A stretch of 64,000 nt of DNA, from the IMG/VR virus record IMGVR_UViG_3300048839_001709, positions 3,604 to 67,603 of that record; one strand, given 5' to 3'. Positions 9,855-18,557 of this stretch are shown here, piece after piece (position 1 is the first letter of the stretch; each line of letters begins with the position of its first letter). The DNA comes from a virus. The translations under genes were made by a program, and so were the position numbers. The notes below the pieces were generated by a model, which was not told where the DNA came from, searched no databases, and saw only the letters and a list, made by a program, of their open reading frames with translations.

Positions 9855-9940
9855 CCGCGCCCTTTGCGGGCGCAGGTCCATCATTTCGTTGACACCAACA
9901 AAATGATTGATCGCACAAAAACGATGAAAGAAAAAACATC

Positions 9941-10411
9941 ATGACCGATCTGAAAATACCGGAAATCAAAAAACAACATTTACTCGCCCTGCATGAAGTG
10001 ATCGTCATCATGCAACGGGCAATCGACACGGACGATTGGGACGATTTAGCCACCGCCGACACGTTTCTCAGCCGGGTGGAAAACGATGTTCGCGGTTACA
10101 GCGACGAAGACGCCGACGAGCTAATGAGCATTCGCTTCGGGTTTGCCGGGGCGGATAAAAACGATTGGGAAACGGTCGAGAGGCATTTGCATCATCTCTG
10201 CCTTGTGGTCGGCTGGGATTACCCTATTCGTTTTTTCTCGAAGGACCATGCAGCGCAGTACCTCGGTCTCAAAGAGGTTTCGGTGCGCATGGCCTGTCAG
10301 CGAGGGCAGTTGCACAAGGTGTTTGTCGGTTCGTTCGTAATTTTTTATCTCGAAGAATTGCGGCGGTATCGCCGGGAAAACCTGGGAAAAAAGGGGAGAA
10401 GCAAGCAATGA
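9941..10411 (+). CDS. Protein with C-terminal excisionase-like HTH
   Basis: FSKDHAAQYLGLKEVSVRMACQRGQL resembles HTH_17/MerR; overlaps recombinase start. Confidence 0.65.
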   Translation: MTDLKIPEIKKQHLLALHEVIVIMQRAIDTDDWDDLATADTFLSRVENDVRGYSDEDADELMSIRFGFAGADKNDWETVERHLHHLCLVVGWDYPIRFFSKDHAAQYLGLKEVSVRMACQRGQLHKVFVGSFVIFYLEELRRYRRENLGKKGRSKQ

Positions 10412-11265
10412 AGAGAACCATTGACGAATATTTCGCGCACATGCGGGCGCAGGGGCGCAGCGAACAGACCATCCGCATGTATCGGCACGATCTGGAAGAG
10501 TTGGCCGCGCACCTGGGCGATGTGGATCCAAAGCAAATCGCTTCGACCATGATCGACGGCTACGCGGGCGCAGTTCGCAGCGCCGGTCATTCTCCTGCCA
10601 CGGTGAATCACAAGCTGTCTGCCATGCGCAGCCTGTTCACCTGGATGCTGGATTCAGGCCAGATCGACATCAATCCGGCTCGGCTGATCCGAACCAAGCG
10701 GGTGGAATCAGCACCGCGCCGGTTCCTTTCTGCGGTGGAAAAAAACCGGCTGTTGCGCGAATTGAAAACCAGCGCCGACGCGCAGGCGTTGCGCGATCGC
10801 ACGATGATCCATTTGATGCTGGCAACCGGCATCCGTATTGCGGAGTTGGTTCACCTCGACATCGACGATGTGCTGGACGAAAAGCGCCTGCGGATCAAAT
10901 CGGCCAAAGGCGGAAAGCTGCAAACCAAGTTTCTCGGCAAGGAAATTGCTGGCACTCTGCGGCTATGGTTGAAAGAGCGCAACAAGATGGCCGATAGTTC
11001 TCCGGCTTTGTTTCCCGGGCGCGGAGCCAGCGAACGATTCACACCGGAACAGGTGCGGCGGCGTCTGGCCGAATGGTGCCGCAAGGCCGATGTGCCGGTG
11101 GTGTCGCCCCATGAATTGCGTCATACCTTCGCCACGCAGCTATTGGCCAAGACCGGCAACGTGCGCCTCGCTCAGGTGGCCCTCGGCCACAAGCGACTTG
11201 AAACCACGGCGATCTACACGCACGTCACCGACGAGGATCTGCAGGCGGCGGTGGAGGGGATGTAG
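10408..11265 (+). CDS. XerC/D-like tyrosine recombinase (no arm-binding domain)
   Basis: SAM-like N-terminal domain; TGIRIAEL, K, HELRHTFA, LGH...TAIY catalytic residues. Confidence 0.92.
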   Translation: MKRTIDEYFAHMRAQGRSEQTIRMYRHDLEELAAHLGDVDPKQIASTMIDGYAGAVRSAGHSPATVNHKLSAMRSLFTWMLDSGQIDINPARLIRTKRVESAPRRFLSAVEKNRLLRELKTSADAQALRDRTMIHLMLATGIRIAELVHLDIDDVLDEKRLRIKSAKGGKLQTKFLGKEIAGTLRLWLKERNKMADSSPALFPGRGASERFTPEQVRRRLAEWCRKADVPVVSPHELRHTFATQLLAKTGNVRLAQVALGHKRLETTAIYTHVTDEDLQAAVEGM

Positions 11266-11280
11266 CGTTTCCTCTTGAAA

Positions 11281-11298
11281 TTCTGAAATTCCAGACCA
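11281..11298 (+). promoter_or_regulatory. Putative late-promoter motif copy 3 (TTCTGAAATTCCAGACCA), upstream of portal
   Basis: Matches 18-bp consensus. Confidence 0.7.
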
Positions 11299-11316
11299 CT
11301 CCCCCCGCCGTGGAAA

Positions 11317-12765
11317 ATGGATATACGCTCGGCGGCAATGAAAGTAGCAAACATCATTTCCGGGGCGAAGGCGGCGGTCGATGAACTGAAAAACATCGCC
11401 GTGGGCGCCGTATCCACATTTGCCGATTCATCCTCGGATGTTATCGTCCCAACGCTGTGGGACGACCGCGTGAAGCAAGCGGTGAAGTATTACCGCGAGA
11501 TCGATGTCATTTGGCGGTGCGTGGCCCTGAGCCGCTCTTTCGTGCTGGGCGACGGAATCCGCTTCGTGACCACAAACGACAGCGACCGCGAAAAGATCAC
11601 CGAATTTGCCCGTCGCATTCGATTGATGGAGCGCTCGTCTCGGCTTCTCACCAGCCTGTATTCACGCGGCGAGGCCATTCCGCACAAGGTTTGGGACGGC
11701 GAGACCTTGAAGCGAATCCAACTCGTGAATCCATTGTCGGTGGTGCCGACATTCGCCGATGGTGAATTGACCAAACTCGTCCAGTACGAGTATGCGAACA
11801 ACCAGCGAAGCAGCAAAATCAAATACTCGTTTTCGAGCGAGGAACAACTACAGAACGTGCTTTTGCTTCGCCACGATGTGGACGATTGGGACGATCGCGG
11901 CGAACCGTTGATCTGCCGCGCCTTCGACAAGGTTCCGATCCTGTTGAATTATCGCCGCGCCGAGAGCGCGGTTGCCAGACGTTGGACAAACCCCCTGCGA
12001 TTCATCAAGTTGGGCGGTATTTTCGGCAAGTACATTTTCAAGCCCACCGATGCGGACCTCAAAGCGGCGGCGAAGAAAATTCAAGGCATGGACATGAACC
12101 AAGGTCTGGTTGTCCCCTTCCATTGGGACGTGAAGACCTACGGGACCGAAGGCGTGGTTTTCGATTCGACGCCCCGGGTGGCTGCCCTGCTTTCGCAAAT
12201 CGCCATTTCGATGGGATTCATGCCGTTTTTGATCACCGGCGACAGCACCGGCTACGGCAACGCCCGCGTGGTTCTCAAGGCCACGCGATATCAGATTCGC
12301 GAGAATGCGATTGCGATTGCCACATTTCTGGATTGGCTTTTCGACGAAAACGTCAAAACGTCGATCGGCATTGCTCCGGACACGAAGATCGACTACCAGT
12401 TCACCGGCCTGGACGTGGCGAAAGAGCAGTGGGAGGCGCAAGAGGACCGGGAGTTGTACGATCGAGGCATCATGTCTCGCCGCAGCCTGCAGATCCGCAC
12501 CGATTTGAATCCGCAGGATGAAGATAAACAGATCGACGAAGAACCGGTACGGCTGAAAAAATTATTCTCCGCGCAGGACATCATCGGCCTGGTCGGTGCG
12601 GGCGTCGTCGAGCCGGCCGTGGCCCAGGCATTGTTGGGCATGACCGAAGATGAACTAATCCGCGAGGTTCAAGCTGCCGCAGCTCGCCATGACGGTAAGA
12701 AATTGTATGCCAAAACCGACGCCAGGATGAAAGCGGCGGCCTCGTCGAAAAAGCGCGGGAAATAA
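11317..12765 (+). CDS. Portal protein
   Basis: Size, position before MuF, portal-like segments (LVNPLSV, RGEPLI..A); true start may be ATG 11338. Confidence 0.8.
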   Translation: MDIRSAAMKVANIISGAKAAVDELKNIAVGAVSTFADSSSDVIVPTLWDDRVKQAVKYYREIDVIWRCVALSRSFVLGDGIRFVTTNDSDREKITEFARRIRLMERSSRLLTSLYSRGEAIPHKVWDGETLKRIQLVNPLSVVPTFADGELTKLVQYEYANNQRSSKIKYSFSSEEQLQNVLLLRHDVDDWDDRGEPLICRAFDKVPILLNYRRAESAVARRWTNPLRFIKLGGIFGKYIFKPTDADLKAAAKKIQGMDMNQGLVVPFHWDVKTYGTEGVVFDSTPRVAALLSQIAISMGFMPFLITGDSTGYGNARVVLKATRYQIRENAIAIATFLDWLFDENVKTSIGIAPDTKIDYQFTGLDVAKEQWEAQEDRELYDRGIMSRRSLQIRTDLNPQDEDKQIDEEPVRLKKLFSAQDIIGLVGAGVVEPAVAQALLGMTEDELIREVQAAAARHDGKKLYAKTDARMKAAASSKKRGK

Positions 12766-12768
12766 AAA

Positions 12769-14493
12769 GTGGCTTCCGCGAAAATCATCCCCATCCGTAG
12801 TTTTCGCGCCGCGCAATTCCACGAATATCGAAAAGTGATTGGCGAGAATTACGCTCACGCCTTCGCGCACCTGGACGCGGGCGAGCATTTTCCGATGTTC
12901 GCCTTCGCCAGCAAACCGCTGGCCGAAATCATTCCGCTGTTTGCTTTTGCCTCAGAACTGGCCGAGCGCATCGCTCAGGCCACGCAGGAAGCACACGCCG
13001 GCATCCGCAAGTTGAGCAACGAGCAATTGAAGCCGTTGCTCAAGGAATTGAAGACGGCGGAAAAATCGGTGCGCCAGGCGATCATGGATTTCGATCACGA
13101 TCCGCGCAACGCCACGCAGGCATTGCGGCTGGCGAATCTCAACAGCCTGAAAACACAGATCGACGCGGCGATCGACAACGCGGTGAAAAACCAGACCCTG
13201 CTGCCGGTGATGAACGCCGAAGGCGCCATGCACACCGGTCTGCTGGCCGGGGTCAACGATCTGCGGGCGCAGGAAGCGGTGGGCGGGTGGGGAAGCCTGA
13301 CCGCTGCGCAGGCCGCTACCGTTTCCGAAGCGGCTTTCGCGCTGGTCGACGGCGCGGCGCTGTCTTTCCTTTCGACCTATCGGTTGGAATTGGCCGGAAC
13401 CGTCGCCGACGATCTGAAAAGCAAGATCAAATCGGCGCTGACCACCGGCATCGTCAACGGCGAACCGCTGTACGAAGTCTCGCGCAAACTCGGCCATGTG
13501 ATCACCGATCCGGAAAAGTTTCGCAAGGCGGGCGGGATGCTTTTTCCCTCGGCGGCAAATCGCCTGCAACTGATCGTCAAAACCGAAAACATGCGGGCGC
13601 ACAACCAGGGCCGCGTGGCGTTTTACGGACAAGTGGGCATCGAGAATGTGCGCTGGATCGTCGCGGGCCGCAACACCTGCGCCGATTGCCAGCAGTACAA
13701 CGATGTGGTTTTTTCCCTGGAAAAGCTGCCCCCGCAGCCGCTGCATCCCGATTGCGAATGCACGATCGTCGGCGAACGGATGGAGAGTACGAAAACGCCG
13801 GCGGATTATGGCGTGGACGTTGCGGAGCGGGAAGGCGTTGGCGAGGCAGCCAAAATTCCGCGAATCGACGGCCCGGAAAACAAATGGCCGGGAATGCCGC
13901 ATGGAATTACCTATCGGACAGATGCGATCACCGAAAAGGAGAAAGCGAAGGTAGTAGAATACGCTGAACACATTGCAAGCCGCTCTCTGGCCTTGCGGGC
14001 GCGGCCTGATAAATTAGCGGGCGGCTATGAATTGCGACTTGCTCCACTTACATCAGCGGTTGAAATCCGAGGAACATATAATCATGTGGAAAAACGAGTC
14101 AACATCCTGTTGAAAAGAGAACAAAAAATCTGGCGCGATAAGGAAGAAGTGTTTCGTACCTACCTAGAAGAAATCGGCCATGCAAAAACGGAAATAATGG
14201 GATGGTGCAAGACGGTAGAGAAAAGAGGTTTTATTATTTCCAAAAACGCACCCAAGGAAGTGCATGAAATTATGGATTTGGCGCTAAGTAATACGCCAGA
14301 TTTCAATCTTTATCCTGATCTATTCGATGAATGGTATTCGGCGAAACGAGATAGATCTGACGAAGAAGTAAAAGCGCAATTGTTGGCAAAATTATGGCGC
14401 CAAAATCTTCTTGACCCGGAAAGTATTGCGAGTTATTCTAAAACAGTCGAAGGATTAGGGAGATTGCCGGAATTTTTACGAAAGATAAAGTGA
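12769..14493 (+). CDS. Minor head protein MuF (SPP1 gp7-like) with C-terminal extension
   Basis: IVKTENMRAHNQG, TCADC, PLHPDCECT; ~240-aa lower-GC extension containing EEIGH. Confidence 0.85.
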   Translation: MASAKIIPIRSFRAAQFHEYRKVIGENYAHAFAHLDAGEHFPMFAFASKPLAEIIPLFAFASELAERIAQATQEAHAGIRKLSNEQLKPLLKELKTAEKSVRQAIMDFDHDPRNATQALRLANLNSLKTQIDAAIDNAVKNQTLLPVMNAEGAMHTGLLAGVNDLRAQEAVGGWGSLTAAQAATVSEAAFALVDGAALSFLSTYRLELAGTVADDLKSKIKSALTTGIVNGEPLYEVSRKLGHVITDPEKFRKAGGMLFPSAANRLQLIVKTENMRAHNQGRVAFYGQVGIENVRWIVAGRNTCADCQQYNDVVFSLEKLPPQPLHPDCECTIVGERMESTKTPADYGVDVAEREGVGEAAKIPRIDGPENKWPGMPHGITYRTDAITEKEKAKVVEYAEHIASRSLALRARPDKLAGGYELRLAPLTSAVEIRGTYNHVEKRVNILLKREQKIWRDKEEVFRTYLEEIGHAKTEIMGWCKTVEKRGFIISKNAPKEVHEIMDLALSNTPDFNLYPDLFDEWYSAKRDRSDEEVKAQLLAKLWRQNLLDPESIASYSKTVEGLGRLPEFLRKIK

Positions 14494-14503
14494 TGGCAAT
14501 AAG

Positions 14504-14746
14504 ATGAATAAAAAAGTAAAAATCAATATAGCTCTCAAAGCCGCACTGCTTTGGACAATGCCGATCCCTGATCTTCTTGCCTTTGAAAGAAAACGTAATC
14601 TTGATGTACTCTCGAAAAAAGAATCAATCCGAATTCGCCGTGATAAACTTTTCGAGGTAGCCGGCACTCGCGATCCGTATTCGATTGAAATTCCGAAGGA
14701 AGAATTTCAAAAAAAATGTCGTGAATTTATGACTTGGAAAGAGTAG
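14504..14746 (+). CDS. Small protein after MuF, possible immunity protein
   Basis: AT-rich, adjacent to the MuF extension. Confidence 0.5.
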   Translation: MNKKVKINIALKAALLWTMPIPDLLAFERKRNLDVLSKKESIRIRRDKLFEVAGTRDPYSIEIPKEEFQKKCREFMTWKE

Positions 14747-14757
14747 CCCACCATTTT

Positions 14758-14775
14758 TTCAGAAATCACAGACCA
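14758..14775 (+). promoter_or_regulatory. Putative late-promoter motif copy 4 (TTCAGAAATCACAGACCA)
   Basis: Matches 18-bp consensus. Confidence 0.65.
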
Positions 14776-14834
14776 CTGACCAGCTTTTCTCTTTGCGAAT
14801 AGTATCTCTGCGAACATAGCAAGGAGATACCGCG

Positions 14835-14996
14835 ATGAAAAAGAAAACTCCCGAAAAGACCAATCAACGGCACTGCTACGAGCTCGAATTCAAGGTGAAC
14901 AAACAGCCGATCATGCAAACGAAGAAAGAATTGGAAGAACTGGAAAAGGTTGTGCTGCGGCTGAAAAAGCTCGGCATCACTTTCCAAGCTTCTTGA
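14835..14996 (+). CDS. Small basic protein (53 aa, not in the ORF track)
   Basis: AAGGAG RBS; MKKKTPEK...ITFQAS. Confidence 0.55.
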   Translation: MKKKTPEKTNQRHCYELEFKVNKQPIMQTKKELEELEKVVLRLKKLGITFQAS

Positions 14997-15427
14997 GCGA
15001 TTTTTCAAGGTCGGTTACCATTGCGATTGAAATGAAGGAAAAAGAGATGCAAGACGAAAAGACAATGCAAAAGGAATACGAGCAGGCGCGAGCGGAGTAT
15101 CTGCAAGATTCGTTCGAAGTTAGAAAAAGCCTGAATACCTTTGCTCTTTCGCTGATCGCTGCAATGTGGGTTTTGCTGGATCGCGGAATTGCGGCGAAAG
15201 ATTTTCTTTCCACTGCTGTCTTCCTGCTGGCAATTTCGACATTAGGATTGAATCTCTATGGCAAGGTTGCCCGAGTCAGGCATTGGCGAGCGGTCATTCT
15301 GCATAGCAGTCTTCCCCTGCGTTACGATTCGACGATATGGGGTCGTCTGACTAATTTATCCTGGTATTTGGCATTGTTTTGCGGGACTTTATCTGCCATT
15401 TGTTTCGTGATAATTTTACTCCGATGA
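14993..15427 (+). CDS. Membrane protein (3 TM), moron-like
   Basis: Hydrophobic segments; start uncertain. Confidence 0.6.
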   Translation: MSDFSRSVTIAIEMKEKEMQDEKTMQKEYEQARAEYLQDSFEVRKSLNTFALSLIAAMWVLLDRGIAAKDFLSTAVFLLAISTLGLNLYGKVARVRHWRAVILHSSLPLRYDSTIWGRLTNLSWYLALFCGTLSAICFVIILLR

Positions 15428-15782
15428 GCGATTCCAACAAAAACGATCAAAATTCAAAAATCAAACCCGGCGATTCCAAAAAACCAATGGATAAACCGCG
15501 CGGCGATTTGTTGCCACTATCCGTTTCTCCGCAGAAACGGCCTTTAACTTCGACCGCTTCCGATCCATCGAACGAAGGAAAACTATCCGCAACCGGAAAT
15601 CTACAAACCGATAAGCCGGCAGAAAAAAAGAAATAGAGAGAAAAAAAAGACGCCGAAAAACAGAACTTTTTTCCAATCCATCCCGATTTTTCCCTAAATT
15701 CGCTATTTCATATCAAATTTTTGATACATAAAATCAGCAGTAAAACCAACAACATACGCCGCTAATCCCCCCTGTCGAGTTT

Positions 15783-15800
15783 TTCTGAAATTGCAGACCA
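15783..15800 (+). promoter_or_regulatory. Putative late-promoter motif copy 5 (TTCTGAAATTGCAGACCA), upstream of the head-tail operon
   Basis: Matches 18-bp consensus. Confidence 0.7.
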
Positions 15801-15860
15801 ATTAAAAAACTTTTCCTTTCGCGCCTACCCTGAAGGCGAAAAACAACCGGAGGGTGAAGC

Positions 15861-16970
15861 GTGAAATACTTCGCAAGCATAGCAGAACAGCAGAGGCAAA
15901 GCGCCGTGGCGGCGCATGTTTCCGCCCATGCGCTCGCTCCGGTGGATGCCGCCTGGTCGTGGAATTGGCTGGAAACCGCCGATGAAATTATTGCGCAGTT
16001 GGGCTGGGCCGGCCTGGCCGATGCCTGCGCCTTCGTCGATCTGGATTACCCGACCGACAAAACCGAAGGCTTCCCGACGAACAAAGCGGCGTACAAATTG
16101 CCGTTCAAAACTTTGGTCGACGGCAAGTTGGTTGCCGTGTTCGAAGCGGTGAAGGCCGCGACCCAGGCGATCCGCGACGGCAAGGCCGATTTGAACGCCG
16201 ACCAGTCCGAACAGGCGCATGCGCTGTTAGCGGCTTACTGGTTGGCTTTCGGCAAACAGCCCCCGGCCTCGCCGAAACAGATTCAAGCCGGAATGAAATC
16301 GCAGGCTTCGCCGCAGCGTCCGCGAAAAGATGAAGGCGATCTGCCCGAAACCATCGTTATCCAGCAGGCGCCGCAAGAACCGCGCGGTTTGCCGCGAACC
16401 ATTTGGATACGCGATTTCGGTTTTTGGGCGGCCCGCGATTTCGTCGAGGATCTTAATCGCATGGAACGCGAAGACCCGAATCAGCCGGTGCTCGTGCTGA
16501 TCGACAGCTACGGCGGCTACGTCCACGACCTGCTGGTGATGGTGGCGGCGATGAAAACCAGCAAGTTGGAAATCCGCACCTGCGCGGTCGGCGTGGCGAT
16601 GTCCTGCGGCGCGATTCTGCTTTCGTGCGGAACCAAGGGCAAGCGCTATGCCATGCCGTACAGCACGGTGATGATCCACGAGGTCAGTTCGATAGCTTTT
16701 GGCAGCATGGCCGATTTGGAAAACGAAGTCGAGGAAACAAAGCGCCTCAACGAAATCCTGTTCACCATCCTGGCCGAAAATTGCGGGTTATCTCTGGCCG
16801 AATTGATGGAAACGCTTCGCGGCGATAACGGCAGGCGCGAGCATTACTTCTCGCCGGAAGACGCCGTGGCCTTCGGCATCGTGGATGAAGTCGTGACGGA
16901 CTTTTCCGCGATTCTGCCGATGGTGGCCGCATCCGCCGAAACGACACCCACCGCGGGAGGCCAGCAATGA
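15861..16970 (+). CDS. ClpP-like (S14) head protease with extra N-terminal domain
   Basis: IDSYGGYV, GVAMSCGAIL (Ser), MIHEV (His), SPEDAVAFGIVDEV. Confidence 0.85.
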   Translation: MKYFASIAEQQRQSAVAAHVSAHALAPVDAAWSWNWLETADEIIAQLGWAGLADACAFVDLDYPTDKTEGFPTNKAAYKLPFKTLVDGKLVAVFEAVKAATQAIRDGKADLNADQSEQAHALLAAYWLAFGKQPPASPKQIQAGMKSQASPQRPRKDEGDLPETIVIQQAPQEPRGLPRTIWIRDFGFWAARDFVEDLNRMEREDPNQPVLVLIDSYGGYVHDLLVMVAAMKTSKLEIRTCAVGVAMSCGAILLSCGTKGKRYAMPYSTVMIHEVSSIAFGSMADLENEVEETKRLNEILFTILAENCGLSLAELMETLRGDNGRREHYFSPEDAVAFGIVDEVVTDFSAILPMVAASAETTPTAGGQQ

Positions 16971-18169
16971 ACGAAGCCGTAAGAAAACTTAGCGAATTGA
17001 AAGCGCAGGCGGCGGAAACCGAGGGTCTGCCGTTGAAACTGGTCGATGAAAAAGCCCGTACCGTGCGCGGCATCCTGACGCACATCGGCGTCAACCGGAA
17101 TTATCTCGAATTGACGCTGGACGAAGCTCGCAAGGCGGTGCAGCGCTTCAAAAACGGCAAAATCCGCATGCCGCAAAACGAGATCAAATCGTCCGACGAT
17201 CTGCATCCGAATGCGTTGACCACGATCATCGGCGGCATGGAATCGATCGAGTTGAACGAACGCACGGGCGGCAAGCCGCGCGTGGAATTCATCGGGCGCA
17301 TCGACGACGAAACCGAGTGGGACCGCAAGGCGTACAAGCTGATCAAGGCCGGTCATGCCGTGCACACCAGCTACGAAGTGGATTATGCCGAAGGCGAATG
17401 CAGCAAATGCGGCAAGCGTTTTCGCAACGGCAAGGAAATCTGCTCGCACCTTTCGCTGGCCCGCAACGGCATGCCCCTCGGCAACAAGACCGCCCACATC
17501 ATCATGCACGAAGTGAAGTTTACCGGCGTATCGGTTTTCGAACCGAAAGGGGCCGATCCGGAGGCGGTCATCTTGGCCGTCGCCAATTTGATTCCAACTT
17601 CCCATGAGGAGGAAACCATGAGCTTGAAAACGGAAGAGAAGAAGCCGGTCGAGGCCCCGATCCAGGCCGAAGCGGCGAAGAAAACCGAGGTGGAGGATCT
17701 GACCGCGAAAGTGGCGGACCTCGAAGCGCAGATCAAAGATTTGACTGCGCAAAACAAAGCCTTGGCCGAGGAAAACGAAAAATTCCAGGCCGAGAAAAAA
17801 ATGGCGCGGGTGGAAAAGATCGTCGCCATGCAGGAAGCGCGTGGCGTGGCCTTCGCCGACGACAAGGCCCGCAAAGCCAAGGTCGATGCGCTGATGAAAC
17901 GGTCGGACGAATACCTGACCGACCTGGAAGAGGACCTCGCCGCCATTCCGGTGAAGGAAGCCGACCTTCCCGGCGAACCCGACGACGACGGCAAAACCGC
18001 CGAACAGCCGAAGGGCGAAGCCGCCGCGCACAAACCCGCGATCAAGGCCGTCGCCACGAAGCTGGATGACGTTGGCGATAAAAACACAAACGGAACGACC
18101 GGTTCGGATCTCGTAAGAAAGCTGGTCAGCCTGCAGGGAAACACCCGCGAAGAAGCGGAAAAAGAATAA
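16967..18169 (+). CDS. Prohead protease/scaffold fusion
   Basis: THIGVNRN, TSYEV, CSKC...CSH Zn ribbon, GVSVFEPKGADPEA; charged coiled-coil C-terminus. Confidence 0.75.
   Translation: MNEAVRKLSELKAQAAETEGLPLKLVDEKARTVRGILTHIGVNRNYLELTLDEARKAVQRFKNGKIRMPQNEIKSSDDLHPNALTTIIGGMESIELNERTGGKPRVEFIGRIDDETEWDRKAYKLIKAGHAVHTSYEVDYAEGECSKCGKRFRNGKEICSHLSLARNGMPLGNKTAHIIMHEVKFTGVSVFEPKGADPEAVILAVANLIPTSHEEETMSLKTEEKKPVEAPIQAEAAKKTEVEDLTAKVADLEAQIKDLTAQNKALAEENEKFQAEKKMARVEKIVAMQEARGVAFADDKARKAKVDALMKRSDEYLTDLEEDLAAIPVKEADLPGEPDDDGKTAEQPKGEAAAHKPAIKAVATKLDDVGDKNTNGTTGSDLVRKLVSLQGNTREEAEKE
17618..18169 (+). CDS. Nested in-frame scaffold protein (internal start)
   Basis: GAGGAGGAAACC-ATG at 17618, same RBS context as gene 18182. 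Confidence 0.6.
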   Translation: MSLKTEEKKPVEAPIQAEAAKKTEVEDLTAKVADLEAQIKDLTAQNKALAEENEKFQAEKKMARVEKIVAMQEARGVAFADDKARKAKVDALMKRSDEYLTDLEEDLAAIPVKEADLPGEPDDDGKTAEQPKGEAAAHKPAIKAVATKLDDVGDKNTNGTTGSDLVRKLVSLQGNTREEAEKE

Positions 18170-18181
18170 CGGGAGGAAACC

Positions 18182-18544
18182 ATGAGCCGTCAACTTGAAG
18201 TGCTGTATCCGGAAAAAACATTCTATCACGGTTCCGGGACGGTCGGCGCAAACTCCACCAGTGAACAGTTCATGGTGGTAAGTGGCGACGACACCTACAT
18301 CCCGGCCAGCGACAAAGACGCCAAGGTGGTTGGCGTTCTGCTCGACGATCGTGCGAGCGGCAAACGTTGCACCATCATTTCCAAGGGCTACGTCCGCTTT
18401 ACCGAAATCGGCGGCAGCAGCCCCAGCGCCGGCGACGAGATTCAAGTCGATGCGTCGACCGGATTCCCCACAAAGCTTTCCACCGGAACCGCGCGTGGTC
18501 TGATCACGGACACCAGCGACGGCTTCGTTGTGGAACTTTACTAG
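18182..18544 (+). CDS. Capsid decoration/cement protein
   Basis: Small beta-rich protein between scaffold and capsid; VVGVL..D pattern. Confidence 0.7.
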   Translation: MSRQLEVLYPEKTFYHGSGTVGANSTSEQFMVVSGDDTYIPASDKDAKVVGVLLDDRASGKRCTIISKGYVRFTEIGGSSPSAGDEIQVDASTGFPTKLSTGTARGLITDTSDGFVVELY

Positions 18545-18557
18545 AAGGAGGCAGGCA

